From the sequence record MW373745.1: a stretch of 64,000 bases of DNA; one strand, given 5' to 3'. Shown here one piece after another: positions 29,073 to 40,193 of the stretch. The position numbers were made by a program, and so were the translations under genes. Below the pieces are notes generated by a model. The model did no database searches and had not been told where the DNA came from. It worked only from the letters and a program-made list of their open reading frames with translations. Numbering within the stretch: position 1 is the first letter of the stretch; each line of letters begins with the position of its first letter.

Positions 29073-31544
29073 ATGGCTGAAATAAAAACTGGTATTTTAT
29101 TAAGACGTAATCTTAAAAAACATTTTGTAAATGACGCAAAACCAACACAAGGTGAAATCGTTCTTGCTATCGATACAAATGAAATTGGTATGCTTGTAAA
29201 TGATGAAATACAATGGACTCCTATCCAAGGTGTTGTTAACACGGTTGCGGGTAAACAAGGTGACGTTGAATTAAACAAAAAAGACGTAGGTCTTGAAAAC
29301 GTTGATAACACTGCTGACATTGACAAGCCAATTTCTAATTCTACAAAATTAGAATTTCAAAGACATTATACAGCTGAAAACCCACACAATATAACAAAGA
29401 AAACGCTTGGTTTAGAAAACGTTGATAACACTGCCGACATCGACAAGCCAATTTCTAACTTGACTCAAATTGAGTTAAATAAGAAAATTTCTTGGGATGA
29501 TGCTAGAAAGCAAGCCGGTGGGAAAGACCCAGTTTTTACAGATACTACTTATACTATTAAAGATGGTGAACTTTCAGAATTTAACTTTAATTCATATTAT
29601 AAGAATTTCATAGATACTTTTAATACTAATTCCAGAGTTTTACCAAGCACACAAGCTCTTACTGCCAATGGTAGAATAATAACCTTAAGAAGAGCTGACG
29701 GCTCGAGTGAAAGCATAGAAACGCAAGATACTTTATATGATGATTCTGAACTTAGAGCATTAATTGAACAAGCTAAAATAGATTTACATATAAACATACA
29801 AGATAATTTAGAATCAGATTCTACTAAAGATGCTTTAAGTGCTAATCAAGGTAAAGTTCTTAAAGGTATAATAGACGAAATAAAGAAAGTAATTAATATT
29901 ACAGATGATGATTTTAAAAATCTTCAAGATATTATTAATTATATAGAAGAAAATCGCGAAAAATTTGATGATTTAACAATTGCTAATATCAAAGGCTTGC
30001 AAGCTGCTTTAGATTCTAAATTAAATAGGGATGATTCTACATATGTTGCACCAAATTCAGCATTATTAGAATCACACCCAGCTAGTGATTTTGTATTAAA
30101 TACAAATTATAATGCTAAGTTAATAGAAATACAAGATTCTTTAAATTCTATTAATTCACAAATTAAATTATTTGAAACGCAATCAGGTGTAGATTCTAAA
30201 ATAAACCAAGCAATCAGAGATTTAAATTTCACTGAAACTATACAGAGTATTAATGAACAAATCGCAAGATTACAAGGCTCTTTAGATGGTATTGATTTGG
30301 ATGCTATAACAGAAAATCTCCAAAAAGTTCAACAAGATTTAACAAGCAAGATAGAACAATTAGAAACCAATACATCTAAAAAAATAGAAGAATTTGAAGT
30401 TATTATTAATAATTTTGATATGTCTGAAATACAAACTAATATTAATAATTTTAAAGATCAAATTACTCAAAATATCAATAGTATACAAGGTGTTGTTGAT
30501 TCTGTTTCTGAATCATTATCAAACGTTGAAAATAATGTTCAAACCAGTTTAGAAAACAAAGTTTCAAAGGATGAGTTAGCTGCTGAGGTTAAAACTATTA
30601 ATGATAACATTACTCGCTTATCAAGCATAGCAAATGAAGCAAAATGGCAAGATAATTTTTATAGTAAAGTTGAAAGAAAACGACAATCTTTATGGTCAAT
30701 TATATCAATTTCAAAAGACTTTTTCAAAGGTTCATATAAAAAACCAAATACTTATAATTACTGGGAAGCAAAATATAAAAATCTTAAGTATATCAATGAT
30801 AATTTTGATAGCTTAGAAACAATATCTAATGCACCTACATACGACGTTGTTACTAATCAGGTTATTAAATTAACTTTTAGTGATATTGCGGAAGCATCAT
30901 TTTTAATTGGAAGTCCTAAGAATAAAATTCAAATAGCTAAAATTATAGCAGTAAATGCTAATACTAAAAAAGCTGTGTTTATATATGGGTACCCAAGTTT
31001 TATGACCGACGATTTGTCAAAAATTATGGTAACTATAGAAAAAGATTCAAGTTTTGGTAATTATCTATCAAGAGCTAATAAAACAGATCCAGAAACTTTT
31101 CAAAAAATTGTAACCACGCAAGAATTTGATTTACCTGACGATACTGATGATTATTCATATTTTGAAGCTAGTTATGAAATATCTGGAAATATAATAACAT
31201 TGACTATGCCAGAAACTGTATTTTTAGAATTCTATGGTAATATGACAGCAGTAGAAACGACTGTTACAGGTTCTGGTACTTCTCAAGTTTGGTCATCAAC
31301 TTTAAAATCTACAGATTATGAAGGTAATAAGCTATTCTCAAATGGTGTGTTGATAGGAAAAGATTTAACCGGAGAAATCTTAACTATATATGATAATAAA
31401 TCTACATACATAAATACCTTGGGTGAAGCTAGAACCAATTATAATGATTTTCAAATAATACGCGAAGAATACGAAGATATTATGTATACAAGGGATTTTT
31501 TACCAGGAACTATAGGACCAGGGGATGATGAGTTAGAATGGTAA
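29073..31544 (+). CDS. Tail fibre/baseplate-associated structural protein
   Basis: Duplicated LENVDNTADIDKPISN repeat, LSANQGKVL module, coiled coil; late-type promoter. Confidence 0.65.
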   Translation: MAEIKTGILLRRNLKKHFVNDAKPTQGEIVLAIDTNEIGMLVNDEIQWTPIQGVVNTVAGKQGDVELNKKDVGLENVDNTADIDKPISNSTKLEFQRHYTAENPHNITKKTLGLENVDNTADIDKPISNLTQIELNKKISWDDARKQAGGKDPVFTDTTYTIKDGELSEFNFNSYYKNFIDTFNTNSRVLPSTQALTANGRIITLRRADGSSESIETQDTLYDDSELRALIEQAKIDLHINIQDNLESDSTKDALSANQGKVLKGIIDEIKKVINITDDDFKNLQDIINYIEENREKFDDLTIANIKGLQAALDSKLNRDDSTYVAPNSALLESHPASDFVLNTNYNAKLIEIQDSLNSINSQIKLFETQSGVDSKINQAIRDLNFTETIQSINEQIARLQGSLDGIDLDAITENLQKVQQDLTSKIEQLETNTSKKIEEFEVIINNFDMSEIQTNINNFKDQITQNINSIQGVVDSVSESLSNVENNVQTSLENKVSKDELAAEVKTINDNITRLSSIANEAKWQDNFYSKVERKRQSLWSIISISKDFFKGSYKKPNTYNYWEAKYKNLKYINDNFDSLETISNAPTYDVVTNQVIKLTFSDIAEASFLIGSPKNKIQIAKIIAVNANTKKAVFIYGYPSFMTDDLSKIMVTIEKDSSFGNYLSRANKTDPETFQKIVTTQEFDLPDDTDDYSYFEASYEISGNIITLTMPETVFLEFYGNMTAVETTVTGSGTSQVWSSTLKSTDYEGNKLFSNGVLIGKDLTGEILTIYDNKSTYINTLGEARTNYNDFQIIREEYEDIMYTRDFLPGTIGPGDDELEW

Positions 31545-31638
31545 TAACTTTTAAACTTTAATTTAAACATTAAAAGCTCTAAGATTTAAGAATTATTTAA
31601 GTAAAAATATAATATAATTAAAACAAAAAAGGAATTAT

Positions 31639-32067
31639 ATGTTAGAATTAAGCAATTTTCTTAGATCACCATTCTTAGATATGCCTAGCATATCATTTAA
31701 TAACAAAAATCTTCAAGATTTATTAAAAAATGTTTCAGAAACAATGGAAACATATCCATCATCAGTTACTTCGTATTTAACAACTGAAACTAGTTCGGGA
31801 ATTGATGTTGTTGTATTGGCTCCAGGAGTTCAAGAAGATGGTTCTAAAACAATTGAATTAGACTTTAAACCTGATGAAATTGTAGTTAGATATAAAGTTA
31901 TAGATGATGCTAAATCATTTTTTATAACTGGTTATAATACAATCAGAGTTAGTTTGGATTCTGTTAATAACTTTAAACTTAAACAAAATTCATTTAAAGC
32001 TAGAAATGGCATTATAACCTTTTCGTTAGAATCTATTAAAGAAACTAAAAATACATACACATTCTAA
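31639..32067 (+). CDS. Small heat-shock (Hsp20/alpha-crystallin)-like protein
   Basis: VLAPGV and C-terminal NGIITFSL resemble ACD strands; ~140 aa. Confidence 0.45.
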   Translation: MLELSNFLRSPFLDMPSISFNNKNLQDLLKNVSETMETYPSSVTSYLTTETSSGIDVVVLAPGVQEDGSKTIELDFKPDEIVVRYKVIDDAKSFFITGYNTIRVSLDSVNNFKLKQNSFKARNGIITFSLESIKETKNTYTF

Positions 32068-32142
32068 TAACTTAAGCCTTTGGGTAAATACTAAAGGCTT
32101 ATTAACCACAATTCATAAATAAATATACAAAAAGCAAGGATT

Positions 32143-33660
32143 GTGATGGCTTTTACACACAAAAATCAAAAAACCTTTTATACTGATTATGCTATTAAAC
32201 ACGGTATGGTACCTACTGAAGATACTATAAATCTATTTCAAGTTCGTCTTAAAAAAGAGACAACTGATATCTACAATAAATTTCAAATAGTAAACGGAAA
32301 ATCACCACTCGAGTGGAATCAATCTGAAAACTATGAGGTTAATGAAATTGTAAGATATAATGAAGTAGATTATAAATGTGTGCAAGAATGTGTTAATAAA
32401 GTTCCTAGTGAGGAACCTAGTTTTTGGGTCGTTACAAAATATCAAGAATATACTGAATTTCCTGCCAGTAATTACCTAGCTAAAGATAATCAAGATCCTT
32501 ATGATCCTAGTTCAATACAAGATTATGAAGAATCTAATACTTTTCACCCAACAACCGTTAAACACGTTGAAGATCGTCTAAAACATTGGTTTGATAATGA
32601 AACTGTTACAAATGCTGATAGACTTGATGGTGAACACAAAGATTATTTCTGCTCTAAACAAGAGTTTGATGATTTTGTTAGAATAGCATTGACTGAAGAA
32701 TCTGTCGTTGATAGTTTAGAATCTGATAATCGCAGATTACCGTTAAGCGCTTACCAAGGTAAGGTTCTTAAAGGATTAATAGATCATATTAACACAATTT
32801 TAACTTCAAATGACATAAACTTAGATGAACTTCAGGAAATTGTTAACTGGATTAAAACAAATAGAGATATGATTGAATCTTTGGGTATTGATTCTATTAA
32901 AGGATTAAGAGATTATTTAAATCGCATAGATTCTGATCTGAAAAAAAGAGTTACTTACGATTATTGGAATGCTGAATTTCTCAATAAAATTAAAGAAGTG
33001 GATGGGCATTTATCTGGAGTTGATGCTGATACATTAGATGGTCAACACGCAGGTTATTTCTTACCAGCAAGTAGATTTACACCAGAAGAAATTGCTTTAT
33101 TACTTCAAAAAGTACCAGGATCTTTGGGTAAAATAGATGCTGATAAATTAGATGGATTAGATTCTAAAGATTTCTTGAGACGTTCAACCAGTGATACCCC
33201 TACTCAAGATAATAAATTTAGTTTAGGATCTACAGCTTTAAGATGGTCTAATATATATGCTGTTAATTTTCAAGGAACTGCTTTGCGAGCTAAATATGCT
33301 GACTTAGCTGAGTATTATGAAGTTCCAGAATCTATTAAATCGAATATAAAAGCAGGTCATATATTAGGCATAGATGCTTGTGGTGTAAATTTATTTAACC
33401 CAGGTATGAAATTATTTGGTGTTGTTTCAAAAAATCCTGGTGTAATTCTGAATAATGAATGTGATGGTGTTCCAATTGCATTGAAAGGTAGAACTCCAGT
33501 TTATTGCAAAAATAAACCTAGTATAGGTGATTATATCTATGCTGATTCTAATGGGTTGGGTATTGCAAGTGAAACTGAATTAGATTTACCATTAGTGGGT
33601 ATTTGTATAGGTTCTATAATAAATTATAAAGATTTTTGGATTTGCGAGATCAAAATCTAA
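32143..33660 (+). CDS. Tail fibre-like structural protein
   Basis: DADTLDG/DADKLDG repeats, LSAYQGKVL module, LG....RWSNIYA and ADLAEYY C-terminal domain. Confidence 0.7.
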   Translation: MMAFTHKNQKTFYTDYAIKHGMVPTEDTINLFQVRLKKETTDIYNKFQIVNGKSPLEWNQSENYEVNEIVRYNEVDYKCVQECVNKVPSEEPSFWVVTKYQEYTEFPASNYLAKDNQDPYDPSSIQDYEESNTFHPTTVKHVEDRLKHWFDNETVTNADRLDGEHKDYFCSKQEFDDFVRIALTEESVVDSLESDNRRLPLSAYQGKVLKGLIDHINTILTSNDINLDELQEIVNWIKTNRDMIESLGIDSIKGLRDYLNRIDSDLKKRVTYDYWNAEFLNKIKEVDGHLSGVDADTLDGQHAGYFLPASRFTPEEIALLLQKVPGSLGKIDADKLDGLDSKDFLRRSTSDTPTQDNKFSLGSTALRWSNIYAVNFQGTALRAKYADLAEYYEVPESIKSNIKAGHILGIDACGVNLFNPGMKLFGVVSKNPGVILNNECDGVPIALKGRTPVYCKNKPSIGDYIYADSNGLGIASETELDLPLVGICIGSIINYKDFWICEIKI

Positions 33661-33704
33661 TCAAACGTAAGGAGTATTATAATGAAATTAATGATTTAAT
33701 TACT

Positions 33705-33743
33705 AAAAACTCGAGTTTAATTTTTTTTTAAACTCGAGTTTTT
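33705..33743. terminator. Bidirectional terminator-like inverted repeat
   Basis: aaaaactcgagttt ... aaactcgagttttt between convergent genes. Confidence 0.55.
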
Positions 33744-33793
33744 AATTCTTATATATTATATAATATTATATTTTAAATTTAAATTTTTAAGTT

Positions 33794-35545
33794 TTAAATT
33801 TCGGGTAATAATATGCAGCGAGTTCCAAATTCAACACCTTGTGTATCTTTTTGGAATTGAACACTTGAATAAAAACTATCTTTAAAACTTGAACCTACTA
33901 TAGGAAATGTTAAAGTATCTTTATACGTTGGATTTCCTCTCCATTGAAAAGTTTGTCTTGTGGTGTCTACGGTAGCATCTTGTAAAACACTCCATTTTGG
34001 AATACCGCAAGAATCTATTTTATACTCAGAAGTTGTTCTTACATTTGTGTTATTGTACTTGGCACCAACATCCTTAAAATAACCTAATGGGCTATCAGAG
34101 TCACTGTTTATATAAGTTATAATCTCTGCTGGTAATGTAGTTTCATCATAATTATTAGTATCTACTAAAGATTCTAAATCTAAATCTGTTATATTAGTGC
34201 TTTCTTTGATAACACCAAAATAACTTCTATCTAATATATAACCATACATAGCGCCTATAGCCAGATTAAATAACCCGCCTACTAAATCAACAACCCCGCA
34301 CGCGTGACCATTATGACTAATTTTACCCATTTTAGAATCTGAAACACTACCTGTTCTATACAACGCGTTAGTACCATCCGTATACCCAGCAGTTTTATAA
34401 TCTAAATTATGAATAGCTTGAATATCTCTTTGCACACTTTGCATAGTATTCATACCTTGAATAAATGCAAATCTATCTGTTCTTGATTTAGCAAACTCAA
34501 TATTATTGAAATTATTTGTATTATAAGCATTTTGATATATACATTTAGACAACAAAATCAAATAATTATAAGCAAATATAGTTAATACTTGAAATTCAGG
34601 GCCTCTATTTTTAACAGCTTCTAAGAAGCTTGAATTTCTATTCTTAATAGATTTTAAATCATCAGAATCTAAATCAGAATCTTCTGTAATTTTATTACCC
34701 AAAGCAACCTTTGCAGAAACTCCTGAGATTAAAGCTACAGAGTTAAATTTAGAATCACAGGTTAAAGGCACTGTATTACGCCTAGAACCTAAAATACCCC
34801 CTTGGTTAGATGCTAGATATTTGTCTATAAAAAAACCTGGAATTTCTTTACCATTATTAATAAATGCTCTATGGCACCAAAAACCTTCTTCTTGAGTAGC
34901 GGAAACTTCAACTTTTAATCCGCAATATGGTGCAGCGTCTACATTTGAAGTCTTAATATAAAGTTTAGGTATCCAAACCATAACATTACCGTGGATATCA
35001 GTATAATTTCCATAATTCATATGACCAGGAGTAAAAGTTCCTAGCATAGGATACATATTATATTTGTTAGTAATTTCTTTAGGTGCAATACCCACTCCAA
35101 AACCAATATCACCAAGATTTGGATTACTTGGAAGTGCACCAGCAACTTCTCCGTTTCCGTTTATCCAGCGATTTTTATTTTTTGTTTTATCTATACAAGT
35201 CCAAATAACTCCAGTAGCTGTATTTAAAAAAGTTGCACTATCGATTGTAGGATTTATAGAAGCTGTGGGATCATTTGATTGCTTATAGTTTATAGAATAA
35301 TTATCAACTTGTGTATGCAAAGCTTTAACATCTTCTTTAACCGGATCTAATTTTTGATCTATTAAGAAATTAGCGGTATTGGTATCTATAGAATTTTTAA
35401 TTTTTTCATAATTATCTTTAAGTTCATTTATGGCTCCTACTGCTGTAGTTTTTGCTTCGGTTTTTAATGTTGTTACATCACCAATAGTATTGACTTTTTT
35501 GGTTAAATCTTTTTGCGTGTAAGCACCAAGAGCTAAATCTCTCAT
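33794..35545 (-). CDS. Tail fibre/receptor-binding protein with FGE/C-type-lectin-like domain
   Basis: IGD..TLKT..K..VGAINEL fibre motif; VMVWIPK, HRAFI, GFFIDKY, GVVDL.G. Confidence 0.6.
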   Translation of the reverse strand: MRDLALGAYTQKDLTKKVNTIGDVTTLKTEAKTTAVGAINELKDNYEKIKNSIDTNTANFLIDQKLDPVKEDVKALHTQVDNYSINYKQSNDPTASINPTIDSATFLNTATGVIWTCIDKTKNKNRWINGNGEVAGALPSNPNLGDIGFGVGIAPKEITNKYNMYPMLGTFTPGHMNYGNYTDIHGNVMVWIPKLYIKTSNVDAAPYCGLKVEVSATQEEGFWCHRAFINNGKEIPGFFIDKYLASNQGGILGSRRNTVPLTCDSKFNSVALISGVSAKVALGNKITEDSDLDSDDLKSIKNRNSSFLEAVKNRGPEFQVLTIFAYNYLILLSKCIYQNAYNTNNFNNIEFAKSRTDRFAFIQGMNTMQSVQRDIQAIHNLDYKTAGYTDGTNALYRTGSVSDSKMGKISHNGHACGVVDLVGGLFNLAIGAMYGYILDRSYFGVIKESTNITDLDLESLVDTNNYDETTLPAEIITYINSDSDSPLGYFKDVGAKYNNTNVRTTSEYKIDSCGIPKWSVLQDATVDTTRQTFQWRGNPTYKDTLTFPIVGSSFKDSFYSSVQFQKDTQGVEFGTRCILLPEI

Positions 35546-35627
35546 TACGAACCTTTTATGTTATTTATTTGAATCTATATAAGAAGCCTTTAAGATATTT
35601 TATAATATAATATCCCAAAGGATAAAA

Positions 35628-36236
35628 ATGAAAGGTAAAAATTTTAGCTTAAACTCAAATAAACGTAATAAAAATGACTATTACCAAACACCTTATAGTA
35701 TGACTAAACAATTATTAGAAGTTGAAAATTTCGAAGGAAGTATACTAGAACCTTCTTGTGGTGCTGGAGCAATAGTCAAAGTTCTAAAAGATTATAATAA
35801 ATCTGTAGATTATTGTGATTTAAACAATGATTTTAGTTTAACAGGTATCTTCAAAGATTTCAAAGATTTCATTAATGATGATTTTGATAGATATGATAAT
35901 ATTATAACAAATCCGCCATTTAGTTTAGCAAAAGAATTTATATTAAAAGCTAAACAAATAGCAAATAATAAAATTGCAATGTTATTACCATTGAATTATT
36001 TACACGGGGTTTCAAGATATAATGAAATATACAAGGATACTGATTTTCCATTAAAAACTGTTTATGTTTTTTGTAGATATGGTTTACTTGAAGATACTAT
36101 TAGAGAAGATGGAACTTATAAAGCTGGTATGATGGTATATGCTTGGTATATTTGGGATAAATCTTATAAAGGAGAACCTATAATAAGATGGCTAAATAAC
36201 AACGATTATATAGTCAAATCAAATAAAGGATCTTAA
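35628..36236 (+). CDS. DNA N6-adenine methyltransferase-like protein
   Basis: DYYQTP, ILEPSCGAG SAM motif, ITNPPF catalytic motif. Confidence 0.85.
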   Translation: MKGKNFSLNSNKRNKNDYYQTPYSMTKQLLEVENFEGSILEPSCGAGAIVKVLKDYNKSVDYCDLNNDFSLTGIFKDFKDFINDDFDRYDNIITNPPFSLAKEFILKAKQIANNKIAMLLPLNYLHGVSRYNEIYKDTDFPLKTVYVFCRYGLLEDTIREDGTYKAGMMVYAWYIWDKSYKGEPIIRWLNNNDYIVKSNKGS

Positions 36237-36955
36237 TGGCTAAGTTCGTTACTCCCGCAGGGAATTTACTTAATTCTTTAAATTCTAAGAACCTTAGAAA
36301 TGTTCAAAATTATAGCCAAACGATAGTTTGGTCTTTTGAAACTAATGAAGAGTTTATATCTGCTAGAATAGTTGATGAAGGTGTAGAACACGTCCCTAAA
36401 GGCCTAAAGAAAACTTGGACACCCACTTCTTTAACTCTTTCTGGTCTGCCAGATGATGTTGATTTGTATCATCCAAAAATGATCACATATCTTTGGAGTG
36501 GCTTTAAGTTAGATGGAACTGAATTTAAGGATACTAATTATGAAGAAAAAGCTACTATAGAAGATATTAAAAATCAAGATATGCACTATACTGGCAAATC
36601 CTGGGGAACTAAAGGTATTGCTGGATATTATAGGGATAATAATATACTAACATTTCCTTTTACTGTAGAAGTTACTTATTGGGAATATTCTAATTCGGGT
36701 TCAAACTCAAGTTCTGGCTCTAAAAATACTCGTGAATCTGGTTCTGGTGGACTTAAGGTTCAAAGAACTATAGCTCAAAATTATTATATTACAGTAGTTC
36801 CTAATATGGATCCAGCATTATTTTGTAAAAAATATGGCGATGCTCACGGATTTAAAGGGCCTAAAGGTGAAGACTTTAATTATGATCAATATAAAGCTTA
36901 TATGGTTTCTTTAGGCTTAGATTTCTTAACTATAGATAGAACCCAAGCCACTTAA
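36236..36955 (+). CDS. Hypothetical protein
   Basis: Translationally coupled to the MTase; Ser/Gly linker. Confidence 0.65.
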   Translation: MAKFVTPAGNLLNSLNSKNLRNVQNYSQTIVWSFETNEEFISARIVDEGVEHVPKGLKKTWTPTSLTLSGLPDDVDLYHPKMITYLWSGFKLDGTEFKDTNYEEKATIEDIKNQDMHYTGKSWGTKGIAGYYRDNNILTFPFTVEVTYWEYSNSGSNSSSGSKNTRESGSGGLKVQRTIAQNYYITVVPNMDPALFCKKYGDAHGFKGPKGEDFNYDQYKAYMVSLGLDFLTIDRTQAT

Positions 36956-37125
36956 TATATTGAAATATACTTAAATATCACTTTAAATCTAAAATCGATT
37001 TAAGCCGATTTTTGAGCCTCTATACATATATTTAAATATTACTAAAAATACGCAAAAATATCTGAAACTTCAATTTAATTTAAGATTATTATTATATAAT
37101 TATATAAATTAAAAAGGAGATTCAG

Positions 37126-37287
37126 ATGTTACAAGACAAAGTTTTAAAAAATTACAGGGATTCTTTAAATCAAAGATTATCAATCTTGATCAAAGACCCA
37201 GAAAGTAACAAAGATATCATATCTGATATTAAAGTTGAAATAAAAAAGATCAATAATATATTAAACAGATCTTACAACCGCGGTTAA
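37126..37287 (+). CDS. Small hypothetical protein (53 aa)
   Basis: Hand-translated; AAGGAG RBS and TATAAT promoter. Confidence 0.55.
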   Translation: MLQDKVLKNYRDSLNQRLSILIKDPESNKDIISDIKVEIKKINNILNRSYNRG

Positions 37288-37326
37288 TTCAAACAAGACT
37301 AGTAATGGTTAGACAAAGGAAATATA

Positions 37327-39414
37327 ATGGTAGATTTTAAAAATTTTTTAACAGTAAACAAAGTTTATATCGATAAATCAGATATAAAACCATCGCAAAG
37401 AAATGTAAACTCAGTTCTTTATAAGTTGCTTTTAAAAGGTTATAAACCAAGCCAGACATTGTTAGAAGCTATTAATAATGCTTCAGATTCTGATCTTAAA
37501 TCATTTGAAGAATCTATAGTATTAGCTGCAGGCACAACATTCTATAAAAAATATACTCATAAATTAAGAGATATTTCAGATTATGAAGATCAATTCTATC
37601 ACTATGTCTTAAGATATATTTTTAACTTAGATACTCACGATTATACTCTAAGTATTAATTTTAGTGATCTAATACCAAACAAAGAACTAGTTGAATTAGA
37701 TTTAATACAAGAATCTGAAATTGAAAAAATTACAAAAAACATCCTAGAATCTCAATTCAATCCTACGGATAATGAAAAAGATATCATAATAAAATATGGT
37801 TTTAAATATATGCCAAGTAAGATTCCAAATAAGTTAGCTTTAGAAACTTTGATTTCTAATTTAAATCCTAGTGAAGCTCTGGAATTCTCTAAAAAATACA
37901 AACCAGAAAATGTTAATGCGGTCAGAACTATTACTAAATGCTTAATTAAATCTGAATACGATTTAGATATAGACAAATTAGATAGAATTTACACAAAAGA
38001 ATTCAATTTACCTAGATATATTAAAACTTTTGTTATGAATTCTATTAATGAATTAAAATTGGATCGTGAAACTATATTAAATGAAATGTTAATATACAAG
38101 AAATTCTGGCAAAATATACAGTATTTAATTGTTACAACACAAAAAAGATATAAAAATCTAATAGTTGCAAACTATGTTTTTAACAAAATATTAAAAAGAG
38201 ATTATAAACAAACGGGTACTTATAGAATCAGAACTTTACTAAATAACCCAGTAAAATTTAATAATGCTTTTATTGAAATTTATAAGTATAATATAAATTT
38301 AGCTTATAAAAATGTTTTTAATTTAGCAGCTAAAACTAATAACAATGATTTTAGTATTTTGTTGTATCATAGACCTAAAACACTCAAACAATTATTGGAT
38401 TTAGTTCTTAATTATAAAAGAACTGGTAAAGTTCGTATGTCTAATATCAAAGGAAATATTTTATATTTTGATGAAGCTAAAAAACCAAGCGGTAATCTTT
38501 GGGAAGTCTTAAGTAAATTATTTTCAATTTTATTACAATCTAAAAAAGATTTAATTGATTTTGGCTCAGCTAAAAGAATAGCAATTTCTGATGATTTAGA
38601 AACTATGGTTCCTCCAATTAAACCTAAAGATTCTTTAAAAACTGATATATTCTTTCCAAAAGGATCCAGCCTTAGAATAGATTCTAAATTTCAAGTATTC
38701 GTTGCTTGGAAAAGGAAGGATAATTCTAAAGGTTGGTTAGACTTAGATTTATCTTGTTTATTCAGAGATAGTTCAGGTTCACTAAAGAATGTTTTGGATT
38801 ATACAAAACTTGAAACTAGCATAGATGGTAAGATTCAAATACACTCTGGTGATTGGGCCAGTTCAAGAAGTTTTGATCCTAAAAATCCATTAATTACAGC
38901 AGAGTTTTGTACTTTGACTTTAGATCCTAAATCAGATTTAGAAGTATATGTAAATGTTCATAGTTACAACAAAGTTTCACTCAGTGAATATGATGTAATT
39001 GTTGGTGTTCTACCAGGTGATACTAAAAATAATGATGGTGTTATAAATCTCCAAGATGCTATTTTTCAATTCAATGTTGATGTAGATTTCAAAGATATGT
39101 GTGCGTTTAGAATTCAAAATGGTTTTCTACAAGTTATTGGTGAACCATTTAATATGAGAGGTTCTCACTCAGGAGGTTATGGTTTTAATCAAATTGCTCC
39201 AATATATGATTATTATAAAGTTTATAATCAAATGAGTTTAAAAAGATTATTTGAATTAATTGTAATTCATAAAGGTTTAAAACTTGTGGATATCAACGAC
39301 AATCCAGATTTAGTAGTTAGTTCTAAACTAAGTTCTAAATACAGCTCTGAATATAAAGTTTATAATGTAAGTGAAAACGCAAACGAACTCAAAGAGTTAA
39401 TGGTAAAAGATTAA
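37327..39414 (+). CDS. Large protein with C-terminal TerD-like domain
   Basis: VAW...DLDLS, HSGD, AEF and NVHSY resemble TerD-fold motifs. Confidence 0.55.
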   Translation: MVDFKNFLTVNKVYIDKSDIKPSQRNVNSVLYKLLLKGYKPSQTLLEAINNASDSDLKSFEESIVLAAGTTFYKKYTHKLRDISDYEDQFYHYVLRYIFNLDTHDYTLSINFSDLIPNKELVELDLIQESEIEKITKNILESQFNPTDNEKDIIIKYGFKYMPSKIPNKLALETLISNLNPSEALEFSKKYKPENVNAVRTITKCLIKSEYDLDIDKLDRIYTKEFNLPRYIKTFVMNSINELKLDRETILNEMLIYKKFWQNIQYLIVTTQKRYKNLIVANYVFNKILKRDYKQTGTYRIRTLLNNPVKFNNAFIEIYKYNINLAYKNVFNLAAKTNNNDFSILLYHRPKTLKQLLDLVLNYKRTGKVRMSNIKGNILYFDEAKKPSGNLWEVLSKLFSILLQSKKDLIDFGSAKRIAISDDLETMVPPIKPKDSLKTDIFFPKGSSLRIDSKFQVFVAWKRKDNSKGWLDLDLSCLFRDSSGSLKNVLDYTKLETSIDGKIQIHSGDWASSRSFDPKNPLITAEFCTLTLDPKSDLEVYVNVHSYNKVSLSEYDVIVGVLPGDTKNNDGVINLQDAIFQFNVDVDFKDMCAFRIQNGFLQVIGEPFNMRGSHSGGYGFNQIAPIYDYYKVYNQMSLKRLFELIVIHKGLKLVDINDNPDLVVSSKLSSKYSSEYKVYNVSENANELKELMVKD

Positions 39415-40193
39415 CTCTTTGATTCTATTAAGTTTGATTCTGGATTTATAGGTTCTACCATTGGCTCAATTGGAATAGGTACTGCTGGTTCATTTGGTAT
39501 ACTAGGAGTGTTATCATTAGGATTAGAATCAAACTCTAAAGATTCTACACCTCTTGGGTCTATATAATATACTTTAAAATGTCTATCATTTTTAACTGCT
39601 TCATTTAAAACATTAATCAAATCTTTATTATTTTCTATTCTATCGTCTATCCCATTTTTATTAATATCTTTTTCTGGTGCAAACTTACTAGCTTGATAAA
39701 CAATTTTTTGACCAGAAACATATAAGATTATCGACCCACCAAAAGATACTAACAAAGGTTCTAATCCTAGATTTGCATCAAAAAATCTATTAAGAATTAA
39801 AGCCAAAGAACATATAAAAAAGTTCTGTATTATAATATGTCTATTTCTTTCTGGGTTACCATAATTAGCAGAATCTTTAGTTCCTTTAAAAGTGGCAATA
39901 ACAGAAGTTGTTCTGTCGACACCCACATATACACAACATAGGGTAGCATATAGTGTGGTTAGTGTTTCCATTGGGACTTGAAAGTTTTTATTAAAGATAC
40001 CCGAACCTGGTATATAATAATCTATGATATAATCTAAGCATTGAAATATTAAACAAACTGCTGTGAATATACCAAAGAATATAACATAACCAGCAGTGCC
40101 TTTAATATTTTTATGTAATTTATTAGTAAAATAATCAGATTTAATTTCTTTTGCTGTATACGTAGATTCGTTAGTTTCTTTATTTAAATACAT
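39411..40193 (-). CDS. Multi-pass membrane protein (holin candidate)
   Basis: About four hydrophobic segments, DINKNGIDD motif, Pro-rich tail; next to spanins. Confidence 0.45.
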   Translation of the reverse strand: MYLNKETNESTYTAKEIKSDYFTNKLHKNIKGTAGYVIFFGIFTAVCLIFQCLDYIIDYYIPGSGIFNKNFQVPMETLTTLYATLCCVYVGVDRTTSVIATFKGTKDSANYGNPERNRHIIIQNFFICSLALILNRFFDANLGLEPLLVSFGGSIILYVSGQKIVYQASKFAPEKDINKNGIDDRIENNKDLINVLNEAVKNDRHFKVYYIDPRGVESLEFDSNPNDNTPSIPNEPAVPIPIEPMVEPINPESNLIESKS

